The notes under the pieces are model-generated. The model ran no database searches. It was given only the letters and a program-made list of their open reading frames with translations, and was not told the origin of the DNA. A stretch of DNA of 24,000 nucleotides, taken from positions 1,142,782 through 1,166,781 of the forward strand of contig NZ_JQAK01000001.1 in the NCBI RefSeq assembly GCF_000757605.1, written 5' to 3'. The translations under genes were made by a program, and so were the position numbers. Of this stretch, positions 15,857 through 24,000 are shown one piece after another. Each line of letters starts with the position of its first letter. The first letter of the stretch is position 1. The stretch comes from Candidatus Paracaedibacter symbiosus (GTDB lineage: Bacteria; Pseudomonadota; Alphaproteobacteria; Paracaedibacterales; Paracaedibacteraceae).

Positions 15857-15963
15857 TAAATTATATGGGGTTGGTAATTTTTTTTCGCAACACAATCTTT
15901 AATTCAAATAATAGTTGGGAGAGGAATTGGAGAGGAAAATTTGGCATTTTTTAGTCAAATTTA

Positions 15964-16887
15964 TTACAAAATATCGCCCCACTCTCGTTTGCTTATTTTT
16001 TTATAAAGATCTTTATGTTTACGAGCGATAATAAAACGTTTCAGATGATGGGGTTCGCACACATCAAAAATAGAATGACCAGATCGGTGAATCGGATTTT
16101 TAACAATACGCAAACCGGGGAACTCAGTTGGATCTTTAGACAGTAAGAGATAACAAAATTTCTCATCTTCAAAGTTCAAAGCCGCTTTTTTAAATGCGCG
16201 ATGCAATCTGGTGCGCGGCAATCTTACCTTAAAATGACACCAAGGGTCTTTCGCCATCGGGCAAGTTTGGTGATGAGAACAAGGAGCAGCAATCCGATAT
16301 CCAGAGGCCAGCGCCAGACCACGCAAGCCCAACAACTGCTTAAAGCATAATGGAGTCCCTGGCATTACAATCAATACATAGCGACTCTGACTTAGCAGAA
16401 CTCTCTCAAGGACTTGGCTCTGCTCCTCCCCCTTCAACTCATTCAAAACATAGGATAAAATGACAAAATCTGTGGGTTGATCGATGACATATTCTTTTAG
16501 ATTTGCGCGTAAGTAGCTACCCGCCTTACTTAAAGGCTCAAGCAGTTGCCTGGCGGCAGCAAGAGCTCGTCCATCCTGTTCCACCAATTTGAAGTGGGTC
16601 ACATTTGGAAAATACGTCAAAGCAGTTAGACTTGCTGCTCCAGTCCCTGCTCCTAAGTCAAGAATTGAGGTGGGGGAAAAGTCGGCGGGGAGTTCTCGAA
16701 AGATCTGAGAAATAGCAGCAACGGTTGCGGGCATCCGCGCAGCTGCATAGGCTTTTACTTCCCCATCGCTTTGAAATCCAGGGATATAGTTTTCCTGACG
16801 ATAGCGGTGGCTAAGCCCCTGGTAAGCTTTGAGAAGCTGATCATCCGAATATCCGGCAAGCAGTTCTTCTAACCACTGATCAAGCAT
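15964..16887 (-). CDS. Rsm22-family SAM-dependent methyltransferase (bacterial homolog of mitochondrial Rsm22/METTL17)
   Basis: 307 aa. The SAM motif I is ILDLGAGTGAAS. The Rsm22-type block is APCSHHQTCPMAKDPWCHFKVRLPRTRLHRAFKK..FEDEKFCYLLLSK. The ATG lies 2 nt after the iscX stop. Confidence 0.75.
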   Translation of the reverse strand: MLDQWLEELLAGYSDDQLLKAYQGLSHRYRQENYIPGFQSDGEVKAYAAARMPATVAAISQIFRELPADFSPTSILDLGAGTGAASLTALTYFPNVTHFKLVEQDGRALAAARQLLEPLSKAGSYLRANLKEYVIDQPTDFVILSYVLNELKGEEQSQVLERVLLSQSRYVLIVMPGTPLCFKQLLGLRGLALASGYRIAAPCSHHQTCPMAKDPWCHFKVRLPRTRLHRAFKKAALNFEDEKFCYLLLSKDPTEFPGLRIVKNPIHRSGHSIFDVCEPHHLKRFIIARKHKDLYKKISKREWGDIL

Positions 16888-16889
16888 AT

Positions 16890-17084
16890 CTAGCCTCGCT
16901 CATCCAGCCAGGCCATTTGAATCGCTTCCAAAATCTTCTCATTAGAGCGATTTGGCTCATCTGTAAAACCCGGCAGTTGTTGCACCCATTGCCAAAGCGT
17001 TGTAAAGCGTACTTGCAAGATGTCCACGTCTGGATGCATCTCTTCCAACTCAATGGCAATCTCGTGGATATCTGTCCAACGCAT
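16890..17084 (-). CDS. iscX: Fe-S assembly protein IscX
   Basis: 64 aa starting from MRWTDIHEIAIEL. It matches recalled E. coli IscX blocks (WTD..EI, VRFT..W, SNEKILEAI..WLDE). The ATG at 17084 lies 2 nt after the fdx stop. The track start at 17165 would overlap fdx. Confidence 0.85.
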   Translation of the reverse strand: MRWTDIHEIAIELEEMHPDVDILQVRFTTLWQWVQQLPGFTDEPNRSNEKILEAIQMAWLDERG

Positions 17085-17086
17085 AC

Positions 17087-17416
17087 TTAGACCATCATAT
17101 TCCGTGTTGCAGCAGGCAGGCGCACAACCAAACCATCCAATTCTTCTGTCATAATAATTTGACAACCCAAGCGAGATGTATGGGTTAAGCCAAAAGCCAA
17201 ATCCAACATATCCTCTTCATCCTCCGAGGCTGTGCTGAGCAAATCATACCATTCTGACTCAACAATCACATGACAGGTTGAACAAGCAAGTGAACCTTCA
17301 CAGGCCCCTTCTAAATCAATTTTATTACGGTGAGCAATTTCTAACACTGACAAGCCCAAGGGAGCATCAACTTCCACAGAGTGGCCATCCCGCACAATAA
17401 ATGTCATTTTTGCCAT
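17087..17416 (-). CDS. fdx: ISC-type [2Fe-2S] ferredoxin (adrenodoxin-like)
   Basis: 109 aa with the ligand pattern [12 protein letters not shown] ... RLGCQI. The ATG lies 1 nt after the hscA stop. Confidence 0.9.
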   Translation of the reverse strand: MAKMTFIVRDGHSVEVDAPLGLSVLEIAHRNKIDLEGACEGSLACSTCHVIVESEWYDLLSTASEDEEDMLDLAFGLTHTSRLGCQIIMTEELDGLVVRLPAATRNMMV

Positions 17417-17417
17417 T

Positions 17418-19208
17418 TTATAATTCTCCTATTTTTTGACCGGCAAGCGCCCGCTGAATACTGCGGTTAATGCGGCGTTCGGCAAATGAAAAACTTAAAG
17501 TTTCTAATTCTTGCATGCCCTGTTTTATCGCATTCCGATCCTCAAATACCACTATTTTTTCAAGGGACTCAATCGCTTGCTGTAAAGCTTCCTGCTCTTC
17601 TATAGTTAGCAAGTCCCCATCCTGGACAATCGCCCCTTTGAGCTGGACTAACATTTGACGAGCGTCCACTCTTGCTTCAATCAACAATCGCTGTTCCATA
17701 TCAGCGGCTCCATGTTCAAAATTATCGCGCAAATGCTGAATCATCTCGGCATCGCTTAAGCCATAAGCTGGATTAATTTCAATCTGTTGACTTTGTCCCG
17801 TCGCCATTTCCTTGGCCATCACAGTCAACAATCCATCCGCATCTAATTGAAAAGTGACGCGTACCTTCGCTGCACCTGCTGCCATCGGCGGGATGCCAGT
17901 CAGCGTAAACTGACCTAAGGATCGACAGTCTTTCACTAGCTCTCGCTCCCCTTGAAGCACATGAATTTGCATGGCGGCCTGACCATCTTGATAGGTGGTA
18001 AATTCTTGGGCAATGGCAACAGGAATTGGCGTATTACGCTCAATAATCTTTTCCACAATACCACCCATGGTTTCAAGACCTAACGATAACGGCGTGATAT
18101 CTAATAGCAATGTATCCGAGCCCCGCGTTAAGGCTTCTGCTTGCAACGCTGCTCCTAAGGCCACCACTTCATCGGGATTGATATCGGTTAAAGGAATTTT
18201 ACCAAAAAAGGAAGCCACTTCCTGGCGGACGACCTGCAGGCGTGTCGAACCACCCACCAGAATAACGCCATCGATATTACGCGGATCAAGCCCTGCATCC
18301 CTTAGTACCTGGCCACAAATCTGAAGCGTTTTTGCCACAAGCAGCTGACATAACTCAGTTAATTTTTGTTGGGTTAGAGTGATTGTATGCCCTTTAATCG
18401 CAAGCGACGTCATCTGGTGGTTTGCCAACATTTCTTTGAGTTCACGGGCTATCGTTGGCGTAATGCTATCGGCAACGGTTGGATAGGTTTCTTGTAAATA
18501 ATGCTGCACAAGATAGTCCACATCATCGCCGCCCAGAAGGGTATCCCCGCCCGTGGCCAACACCTGAAAGACACCGCGAGTGAACTTCAATAATGAGACA
18601 TCAAATGTACCACCCCCAAAGTCATAGACGGCATAAACACCTTCCACTTGTTTGTCAAGACCGTACGCCAAAGCAGCAGCGGTTGGTTCATTGATGAGGC
18701 GCAAAACCTCTAACCCGGCGAGTTTTGCGGCTTGTTTTGTTTCCTGACGTGCGGCTTCATCAAAATAAGCTGGTACTGTAATCACCGCTTTATGGACGGT
18801 TTGCCCCAGAACATTTTCGGCATTTTGGCGAATCACTTTTAAGATCTCAGCAGAAATCTCAGAAGGGGTTAGCTCTCGATCCTTAATTTTCAATTTAAGT
18901 GCTTTATGGGAAACAACCGCATCTGGGTAATGCGACATTAAGTCTTCAGGAACTGTTTGTCGGCCAATGAGGCGCTTAATCGATTGAATTGCGAAGGCCC
19001 TTTTTTCCCCAACGACAACTTCATCACCATAACTGACAATCGACGGCAACAACTTTTTTCCTGTGTCAAAAGCAAGGACTGTTGGCGTTTGGTTTGTTGC
19101 ATAAGCGACAACAGAATGGGTTGTGCCAAGGTCAATACCGATGGCGATTTCTTTTTCAGCTTCGTGAAGGTCGGGTGTCATTCCCGGTTCGACAAGTTGG
19201 ATAAACAT
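17418..19208 (-). CDS. hscA: Fe-S cluster assembly Hsp70 chaperone HscA
   Basis: 596 aa. The N-terminus [12 protein letters not shown] resembles HscA (E. coli MALLQISEPG). Hsp70 motifs [19 protein letters not shown] and ILVGGSTR are present. Confidence 0.9.
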   Translation of the reverse strand: MFIQLVEPGMTPDLHEAEKEIAIGIDLGTTHSVVAYATNQTPTVLAFDTGKKLLPSIVSYGDEVVVGEKRAFAIQSIKRLIGRQTVPEDLMSHYPDAVVSHKALKLKIKDRELTPSEISAEILKVIRQNAENVLGQTVHKAVITVPAYFDEAARQETKQAAKLAGLEVLRLINEPTAAALAYGLDKQVEGVYAVYDFGGGTFDVSLLKFTRGVFQVLATGGDTLLGGDDVDYLVQHYLQETYPTVADSITPTIARELKEMLANHQMTSLAIKGHTITLTQQKLTELCQLLVAKTLQICGQVLRDAGLDPRNIDGVILVGGSTRLQVVRQEVASFFGKIPLTDINPDEVVALGAALQAEALTRGSDTLLLDITPLSLGLETMGGIVEKIIERNTPIPVAIAQEFTTYQDGQAAMQIHVLQGERELVKDCRSLGQFTLTGIPPMAAGAAKVRVTFQLDADGLLTVMAKEMATGQSQQIEINPAYGLSDAEMIQHLRDNFEHGAADMEQRLLIEARVDARQMLVQLKGAIVQDGDLLTIEEQEALQQAIESLEKIVVFEDRNAIKQGMQELETLSFSFAERRINRSIQRALAGQKIGEL

Positions 19209-19373
19209 TATTTTTTAAAACTACTATACTCATCAGGGTTGGAATTGCGGATTTATACTATCGAGATAGGCGGCGACTTTTATTGTGGTGTGACGCGAAT
19301 AGTTGTCCCTCTTTAAGGAGCGTCAAGATAAAATTGAGCCTATACATCGATGGGGAGAAATTCTTAGCTTCAG

Positions 19374-19859
19374 TCATGATGAGTATTCCAGTTCACTCAA
19401 CGTTTTTTGTGTATAAATCAGATTTAGGTAACAGTGAGCCAGCTGATCATCTGGCGCGGTATCAAAACATTGAAGACAATCCTGCAGACGGAGCGTGAGC
19501 TCGTCTTTTAGGGCATGCAACCCGGTGCCTTCTTGAATCTGCTCACGCCATTCAAGAACTTGTCCCAACAAATCAGACGCTGGAATTGTCGCACCACTCG
19601 TCCCCGGCACAGGGATATTTTTTGCCTTTAAAAATTCTTCTGCGCGGGTGGGGACATTTTTCAGACGCTGATAGGCCTCATTCAAAGTAATCGCTTGTTG
19701 CGCCGCAAGCCGCTTTTCAAGATCACTACGCCCAACAAATAAATCCGGATGCACTGTTGCTTGCGCCGCTAAATAGCGTTGGTCCAAAGCAACTACGTCT
19801 AAATCAAACTGAACCGGTAAGCCAAAGAGGGCGAACATATTAGATTTAATTCCTGTCAT
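19374..19859 (-). CDS. hscB: Fe-S cluster co-chaperone HscB (J-domain)
   Basis: 161 aa. The J-domain has the HPD tripeptide (ATVHPDLF). The gene sits between iscA and hscA. AAGAGG lies 8 nt upstream of the ATG. Confidence 0.85.
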   Translation of the reverse strand: MTGIKSNMFALFGLPVQFDLDVVALDQRYLAAQATVHPDLFVGRSDLEKRLAAQQAITLNEAYQRLKNVPTRAEEFLKAKNIPVPGTSGATIPASDLLGQVLEWREQIQEGTGLHALKDELTLRLQDCLQCFDTAPDDQLAHCYLNLIYTQKTLSELEYSS

Positions 19860-19985
19860 CTTATAGCCTCTTCTCTTGTCACTGTTCCTATCCGTGCTAT
19901 CATCCCACGCCTTTGAAGAAAGTGGAATGATCCAGGTATTTTTAATTGTCCCATGGTTTCATGCTGTGCACTAACCCTCGGGAGT

Positions 19986-20321
19986 TTAAACATGGAACGA
20001 TTTACCACACCCGCAACGACCTTTTTCATTGGGGTTTTTAAAGACAAATCCCGATTGCATTTTTTCCTCAACAAAGTCCATTTCAGTACCCAGGATAAAC
20101 ATAATCGCCTTGGGGTCAATCAACAGAGTAATCCCCTCTACTTCGACCATCTCATCAAAAGCTGTTTTTTCATCAGCGTATTCCAAGGTATAAGACAAGC
20201 CAGAGCATCCTTTAGTGCGGATGCTAATCCGAATCCCGGCTGACTCTTTACCTCGTTGATCGAGGAGAGCTCTAAGCCTGAGAAGTGCTGCCTCTGTCAC
20301 TTGTATGGGTACTGTTCGCAT
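19986..20321 (-). CDS. iscA: A-type Fe-S carrier IscA
   Basis: 111 aa with the HesB/IscA Cys pattern KGCSGLSY ... CGCGKSF. Confidence 0.9.
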   Translation of the reverse strand: MRTVPIQVTEAALLRLRALLDQRGKESAGIRISIRTKGCSGLSYTLEYADEKTAFDEMVEVEGITLLIDPKAIMFILGTEMDFVEEKMQSGFVFKNPNEKGRCGCGKSFHV

Positions 20322-20345
20322 GTCTAAATCCCCTCAAATCCTTTT

Positions 20346-20741
20346 TTAAGCAATCTTCGTGATTTGATTTTTTTGCTTATAGTCATCAATCGCTGCTTTA
20401 ATTGCATCTTCTGCCAAAATGGAGCAGTGAATCTTCACCGGCGGTAATGCCAAATGCTGAGCAATGTCAGAGTTCTTAATGGCATGCGCTTCGTCGATTG
20501 ACTTGCCACGAACCCATTCAGTCACCAGAGAACTGGAGGCAATCGCCGCGCCACAACCAAATGTCTTGAATTTGGCATCTTCAATAATCCCAGCTTCATT
20601 GACTTTAATTTGCAATTTCATCACATCGCCACAAGCAGGCGCCCCCACTAAGCCCGTGCCAACGGAGGCATCAGACTTGTCAAAGGACCCCACGTTACGT
20701 GGATTTTCGTAGTGATCAATAACTTTATCATTATAAGCCAT
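20346..20741 (-). CDS. iscU: Fe-S cluster scaffold IscU
   Basis: 131 aa. Blocks are YENPRNVG, GAPACGDVMKL, FGCGAAIASSS and the LPPVK..HCS motif. Confidence 0.95.
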   Translation of the reverse strand: MAYNDKVIDHYENPRNVGSFDKSDASVGTGLVGAPACGDVMKLQIKVNEAGIIEDAKFKTFGCGAAIASSSLVTEWVRGKSIDEAHAIKNSDIAQHLALPPVKIHCSILAEDAIKAAIDDYKQKNQITKIA

Positions 20742-20790
20742 GTTTATCTCTCCACTCTAAAAATTGGTTTTCTTTTCTTAACATCAATAA

Positions 20791-22032
20791 TTAATGAGCA
20801 GCCCATTGAATTGAGGCAATATCAATTCCCTCTTGTGCCATTTCCCAAAGCGGGCTCATTTCTCTCAGCTTTTCAACCGCTGTAATCACCTTCTCTATGG
20901 CCAAATCAACTTCAGCCTCAGTACTAAACCGACCAAAACCAAAACGGATCGACGTGTGCGCTAATTCTTCACCTACACCAATCGCCCGCAAGACATAAGA
21001 CGGCTCAAGGGAAGAAGAGGTACAAGCAGAGCCAGAGGAAACGGACAGATCCTTAATCCCCATCATTAGTCCTTCTCCTTCAACATAGGCAAAGCTTAAG
21101 TTCAAGTTACCTGGCACTCGTTGGTAACGATCGCCGTTCAAGTATACTTCTGGTAACCGCTGCATAATCGCCTCATAAAAACGATCTGATAACTTTTTGG
21201 CATGAACGGTATCTGCGTCCATTTCTTTGACCATAATGGCGCAAGCTTCACCCAAACCAACGCAAAGCGGCGGCGCCAGCGTCCCAGAGCGCATACCTCG
21301 TTCTTGACCACCCCCATTAATCATTGCTTGCAAGCGTACCCGCGGTTTACGACGAACAAATAAGGCGCCTATCCCCTTTGGACCATAAATTTTATGTCCA
21401 GAAATGCTCATCAGATCGATGTTCATTGCCTCCACATCCAGCTCAATTTTACCAACTGCTTGCGCTGCATCTGTGTGAAAGAAAACACCCTGTTCACGAC
21501 AAATTTTACCAATTTCCGCCAAAGGCTGGATGACACCAATTTCGTTATTCACCGCCATGATGGAGACAAGAACAGTTGAGTCTTTAATGGCTGCTTTAAG
21601 AAGGTCCAAATCAATCAAGCCATTTTGCTGGACCGGCAGATAAGTCACCTCAAAGCCTTCTTGCTCCAGATGGCGACAGGTATCAAGCACACACTTGTGT
21701 TCGGTCGTACACGTAATAATGTGATTTTTTCTATCTTTATAGAACTGAGCCACTCCTTTGATTGCCAAATTGTTTGACTCAGTCGCGCCACTGGTAAAGA
21801 CAATTTCCCTGGCATCGGCTTTAATAATGGCCGCTACTTGGTCCCGTGCTGCTTCAACAGCATTTTCAGCATACCAACCTTCAGGATGACTTCTAGAGTG
21901 GGGATTGCCGAAATGTGTCGTGAAAAACGGCAACATTTTTTCCAACACCCGAGGATCACACGGAGTGGTTGATTGATAATCTAAATAAATCTGCTGAGAA
22001 GCTGGTTGTTTTGTCATACTACAAGCTGTCAT
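20791..22032 (-). CDS. iscS: cysteine desulfurase IscS (class I, PLP-dependent)
   Basis: 413 aa starting from MTACSMTKQ. The PLP lysine is in [10 protein letters not shown] and the catalytic loop is [16 protein letters not shown]. The ATG at 22030-22032 overlaps the upstream stop (ATGA), and GAGGAGG lies 8 nt upstream. The track start at 22089 is rejected. Confidence 0.9.
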   Translation of the reverse strand: MTACSMTKQPASQQIYLDYQSTTPCDPRVLEKMLPFFTTHFGNPHSRSHPEGWYAENAVEAARDQVAAIIKADAREIVFTSGATESNNLAIKGVAQFYKDRKNHIITCTTEHKCVLDTCRHLEQEGFEVTYLPVQQNGLIDLDLLKAAIKDSTVLVSIMAVNNEIGVIQPLAEIGKICREQGVFFHTDAAQAVGKIELDVEAMNIDLMSISGHKIYGPKGIGALFVRRKPRVRLQAMINGGGQERGMRSGTLAPPLCVGLGEACAIMVKEMDADTVHAKKLSDRFYEAIMQRLPEVYLNGDRYQRVPGNLNLSFAYVEGEGLMMGIKDLSVSSGSACTSSSLEPSYVLRAIGVGEELAHTSIRFGFGRFSTEAEVDLAIEKVITAVEKLREMSPLWEMAQEGIDIASIQWAAH

Positions 22033-23147
22033 TGCTTGATCCTCCTCGTTTGTTCGCCGCCATGGGTTCGATAATAAAGGTTTTCCCATGTCTCAATAAA
22101 ATGCTGGATCTCTACTTGCGTTGTCTGCAATCCCAAGCTAATCCGAATACTATTATCAATATCTTTTCCATCTACACCCATCGCCTGCAACACATGGGAT
22201 GGTTTCACCTTGCCAGACGAACAGGCAGACCCGGCAGACAATGAAATGCTATTTAAATCAAAATGCATCACTTGCACAGTATTCACCACCCCCGGCATTG
22301 TTAGATTCACTGTATTGGGGAGGCGCGGCACCTGGGCGCCAAAAATCGCAATATCCTTAAAATTGGCCCGCAGGGATGCTTCAAGATCTTGCCTTAAGCT
22401 TGCCACCTCAATCCAATCATTGTGACGACAAGCCTCAATCGCTGCCCCTAAGCCTACAATGCCAAGCACATTCTCGGTACCCGCCCGGAAATAACGTTCT
22501 TGCCCACCGCCAGTAATTTGAGGACGTAAAGCCCGGTTGGGATTAACCACTAAGGCTCCAACTCCTTGTGGACCGCCAATTTTGTGAGCTGAGAGCGAAA
22601 TGTAATCCAATCCTAACTGTTGCCAGTCAAAATCAATTTTACCCACCACCTGAACTGCATCGCTATGCATCAATGCTTGATACTTTCGACACAGACCAAC
22701 AATTTCTTGCAACGGCTGCATGACACCTGTTTCGTTATTGGCTGCCATCACCGACACTAAGCACGGCCGCGTTACCTGCTGCAACTCAGTCTCCAAGGCT
22801 TCCAGATCAATAATCCCCTCCGCGGTCACCGGGCAGATTGTCAAATCATTGCGCGCCTTTAACACAGAATCATGCTCAATTGCCGATGTAATGACTGGTC
22901 CATTGAATCCTTTTAATACCAGATTATTCGCCTCAGTAGCCCCACTCGTAAAGACCACCTGAGCCGGAGTTACAGCAAAATAATCAGCAACCTTAGCGCG
23001 AGCTTTTTCCACATATTGGCGAACCCTTCGGCCATCGTTATGAGTAGAAGACGCATTCCCACACACGTCCAATATCTCAAGCATTGCCTGTTTTGCTTGC
23101 CAACAAAGGGGAGTTGTTGCGTTATGATCAAGATAAATCGGCGACAT
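22029..23147 (-). CDS. second class I cysteine desulfurase (NifS-like, short C-terminus)
   Basis: 372 aa. The PLP lysine is in [10 protein letters not shown] and the catalytic loop is [16 protein letters not shown]. It is about 40 aa shorter than the adjacent IscS at the C-terminus. The ATG overlaps the iscR stop (TAATG). Confidence 0.85.
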   Translation of the reverse strand: MSPIYLDHNATTPLCWQAKQAMLEILDVCGNASSTHNDGRRVRQYVEKARAKVADYFAVTPAQVVFTSGATEANNLVLKGFNGPVITSAIEHDSVLKARNDLTICPVTAEGIIDLEALETELQQVTRPCLVSVMAANNETGVMQPLQEIVGLCRKYQALMHSDAVQVVGKIDFDWQQLGLDYISLSAHKIGGPQGVGALVVNPNRALRPQITGGGQERYFRAGTENVLGIVGLGAAIEACRHNDWIEVASLRQDLEASLRANFKDIAIFGAQVPRLPNTVNLTMPGVVNTVQVMHFDLNSISLSAGSACSSGKVKPSHVLQAMGVDGKDIDNSIRISLGLQTTQVEIQHFIETWENLYYRTHGGEQTRRIKQ

Positions 23148-23608
23148 TATTTACGAGCCTCCTCAAAAGCTTGAAAGCTAAACCGCCCCAATCCCAATAC
23201 GCGGCGATCACAAATATCAGCCAGAGTGACTTTTGCCAAAAATAGATGGATCACCGCCCCTAACTCTTCCCACAAATCATGGGTTAAACAGCGCATACCA
23301 CTATTTTGGCAGCCTTTGGGGGAATGATTTTCACAGCGTGTCGTTTTCACCGGTCTATCCACGGCGTGAATCACATCTAAAATTCGAATTTCCTGGGCGG
23401 GATGATTCAATAAATAACCGCCAGCGGACCCCCGACTACTTTTAACCAGACTAGTTTTTTTAAGTTTGTTAAATAATTGTTCTAAATAGGGAAGAGGTAA
23501 TTCCTGGCGCAATGCTATTTCTGGCAAAGATACAGGGTGGTCTTTGCCATGTGTGGCAAGGTCAACCATTGCCATTACTGCATAACGCGCTTTTGTACTT
23601 ACTTTCAT
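23147..23608 (-). CDS. iscR: Rrf2-family Fe-S regulator IscR
   Basis: 153 aa starting from MKVSTKARYAVMAMVDLA (Rrf2 wHTH). The cluster ligand pattern is C-x7-C-x6-C-x2-H (TRCENHSPKGCQNSGMRCLTH). GAGGA lies 5 nt upstream of the ATG at 23608. The track TTG at 23623 is less likely. Confidence 0.85.
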   Translation of the reverse strand: MKVSTKARYAVMAMVDLATHGKDHPVSLPEIALRQELPLPYLEQLFNKLKKTSLVKSSRGSAGGYLLNHPAQEIRILDVIHAVDRPVKTTRCENHSPKGCQNSGMRCLTHDLWEELGAVIHLFLAKVTLADICDRRVLGLGRFSFQAFEEARK

Positions 23609-23837
23609 CCTATTCCTCGCCAAACGTCTCGATATTTAGGTGCATTCCTACTCAAGATCTATTATTCCGTGACAATCTTTCTCCTCTATTCCTAAGAGGA
23701 TTACCATGTCTTCTAACGCAGCCTCACCCTAACGTATCTTCCTGGCTTAAAATCTCTAGTTCACAGATTCAAAAAGCCGTGTTAGACTCTGTCTTAGCAA
23801 GGTGATATTATACCTAATTCTAGTTTGTCTTTAGTTA

Positions 23838-23866
23838 TAAATAACTATTCTGACTAGTTTGGTCAA
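23838..23866 (-). promoter_or_regulatory. candidate isc operon promoter overlapping operator box 1
   Basis: The minus strand reads TTGACC (23866-23861), a 17-nt spacer, then TATTTA (23843-23838). An alternative perfect TATAAT lies at 23812-23807 but lacks a good -35. Either choice implies a leader of about 190-220 nt before iscR. Confidence 0.25.
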
Positions 23867-23870
23867 GTAT
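23846..23870. promoter_or_regulatory. Rrf2-type operator, box 1 (IscR type-1-like / TGA-N9-TCA)
   Basis: tattcTGACTagtttgGTCAagtat matches 19 of 25 positions of the E. coli IscR type 1 consensus ATASYYGACTRWWWYAGTCRRSTAT (counted by hand). It also fits the RirA IRO pattern TGA-N9-TCA. Confidence 0.5.
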
Positions 23871-23901
23871 AGATTCAACCTAACTTGTAGTTAGATCTTT
23901 T

Positions 23902-23926
23902 CATTCTGACTTTTTTTGTCAGCTTT
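23902..23926. promoter_or_regulatory. Rrf2-type operator, box 2 (IscR type-1-like / TGA-N9-TCA)
   Basis: cattcTGACTttttttTGTCAgcttt matches 17 of 25 positions of the same consensus and shares attcTGACT..GTCA with box 1. It contains the inverted repeat ctgac/gtcag. It ends 14 nt before the hydrolase ATG at 23940. Confidence 0.45.
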
Positions 23927-23939
23927 AGAGGGGGAACCC

Positions 23940-24000
23940 ATGGCCGAAGTTATTTTCAACGGCGCTGCTGGTCGTCTTGAAGGTCGTTACCATCAAACAA
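23940..24000 (+). CDS. alpha/beta hydrolase (COG2945-like), first 20 codons only
   Basis: The ATG is preceded by GAGGGGGA. The N-terminus MAEVIFNGAAGRLEGRYHQT resembles the ..G.aGrLEGry.. start I recall for this hydrolase family. Only 61 nt lie inside the window, so the call is weak. Confidence 0.4.
   Translation, partial: MAEVIFNGAAGRLEGRYHQT

Noticed and set aside
15918-15936. Direct repeat ggagagga-att-ggagagga with a downstream TTG-initiated 20-codon frame antisense to the rsm22 3' end.
   Set aside because: It is a single short purine-rich duplication. The putative peptide has no features and overlaps a well-supported gene. It is more likely chance or part of the operon's 3' untranslated region.
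19856-20119. 87-aa minus-strand ORF overlapping the 3' end of iscA and the iscA-hscB spacer.
   Set aside because: It is out of frame with the well-supported iscA. The product is basic and low-complexity with no RBS. It ends in a 4-nt overlap (ATGA) with the hscB ATG only by chance of frame.
23512-23805. 97-aa plus-strand ORF across the iscR 5' end and upstream region.
   Set aside because: It is antisense to the iscR N-terminal wHTH coding region. The translation is Leu/Ser/Pro-rich without motifs or an SD.
1-24000. Mobile elements, CRISPR arrays, defence islands and toxin-antitoxin pairs.
   Set aside because: I found no transposase, integrase or recombinase-like ORFs, no terminal inverted repeats flanking a cargo, and no regularly spaced direct repeats. 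No unexplained multi-gene cluster of unknown proteins is present. The tRNA-Ala is followed directly by core genes, not an island.

Overview
The window is densely coding, mostly on the minus strand, and looks like chromosomal core rather than an accessory island. I found no transposase, integrase, CRISPR array, rRNA or phage-like genes. Contents in order: (1) the 3' part of an acetoacetyl-CoA synthetase. (2) Convergent to it, a tyrosine-catabolism operon hppD-hmgA-fah, in which hmgA is interrupted by one in-frame TGA, followed by a short hydrolase gene remnant. (3) folK. (4) A 1178-codon multi-cofactor flavoprotein ORF: an unknown N-terminal domain, then a GltD/NfnB-like domain, then a PyrK/NfnA-like domain. 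(5) A frameshifted P-loop NTPase. (6) A tRNA-Ala(GGC)-cyaY-ABCB exporter-class II aldolase string. (7) A transport trio: brnQ, an orphan metal-binding SBP, and a BacNaV-like channel with an atypical filter. (8) A complete ISC Fe-S operon, iscR-(nifS-like)-iscS-iscU-iscA-hscB-hscA-fdx-iscX, with an Rsm22/METTL17-family methyltransferase gene appended 2 nt after iscX. (9) A divergent regulatory region with two TGA-N9-TCA boxes of the Rrf2 (IscR/RirA) type. (10) The first 20 codons of an alpha/beta hydrolase. The most interesting signals are the mitochondria-like Fe-S neighbourhood (ISC operon, Rsm22 homolog, frataxin homolog coupled to an ABCB exporter), the large fused flavoprotein, and three decaying genes within 9 kb. 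The two-desulfurase operon, the ABCB exporter and Rsm22 suggest an alphaproteobacterium, possibly host-associated, but that taxonomic guess is inference only. All calls come from reading the ORF translations and the sequence by eye. No database search was run.
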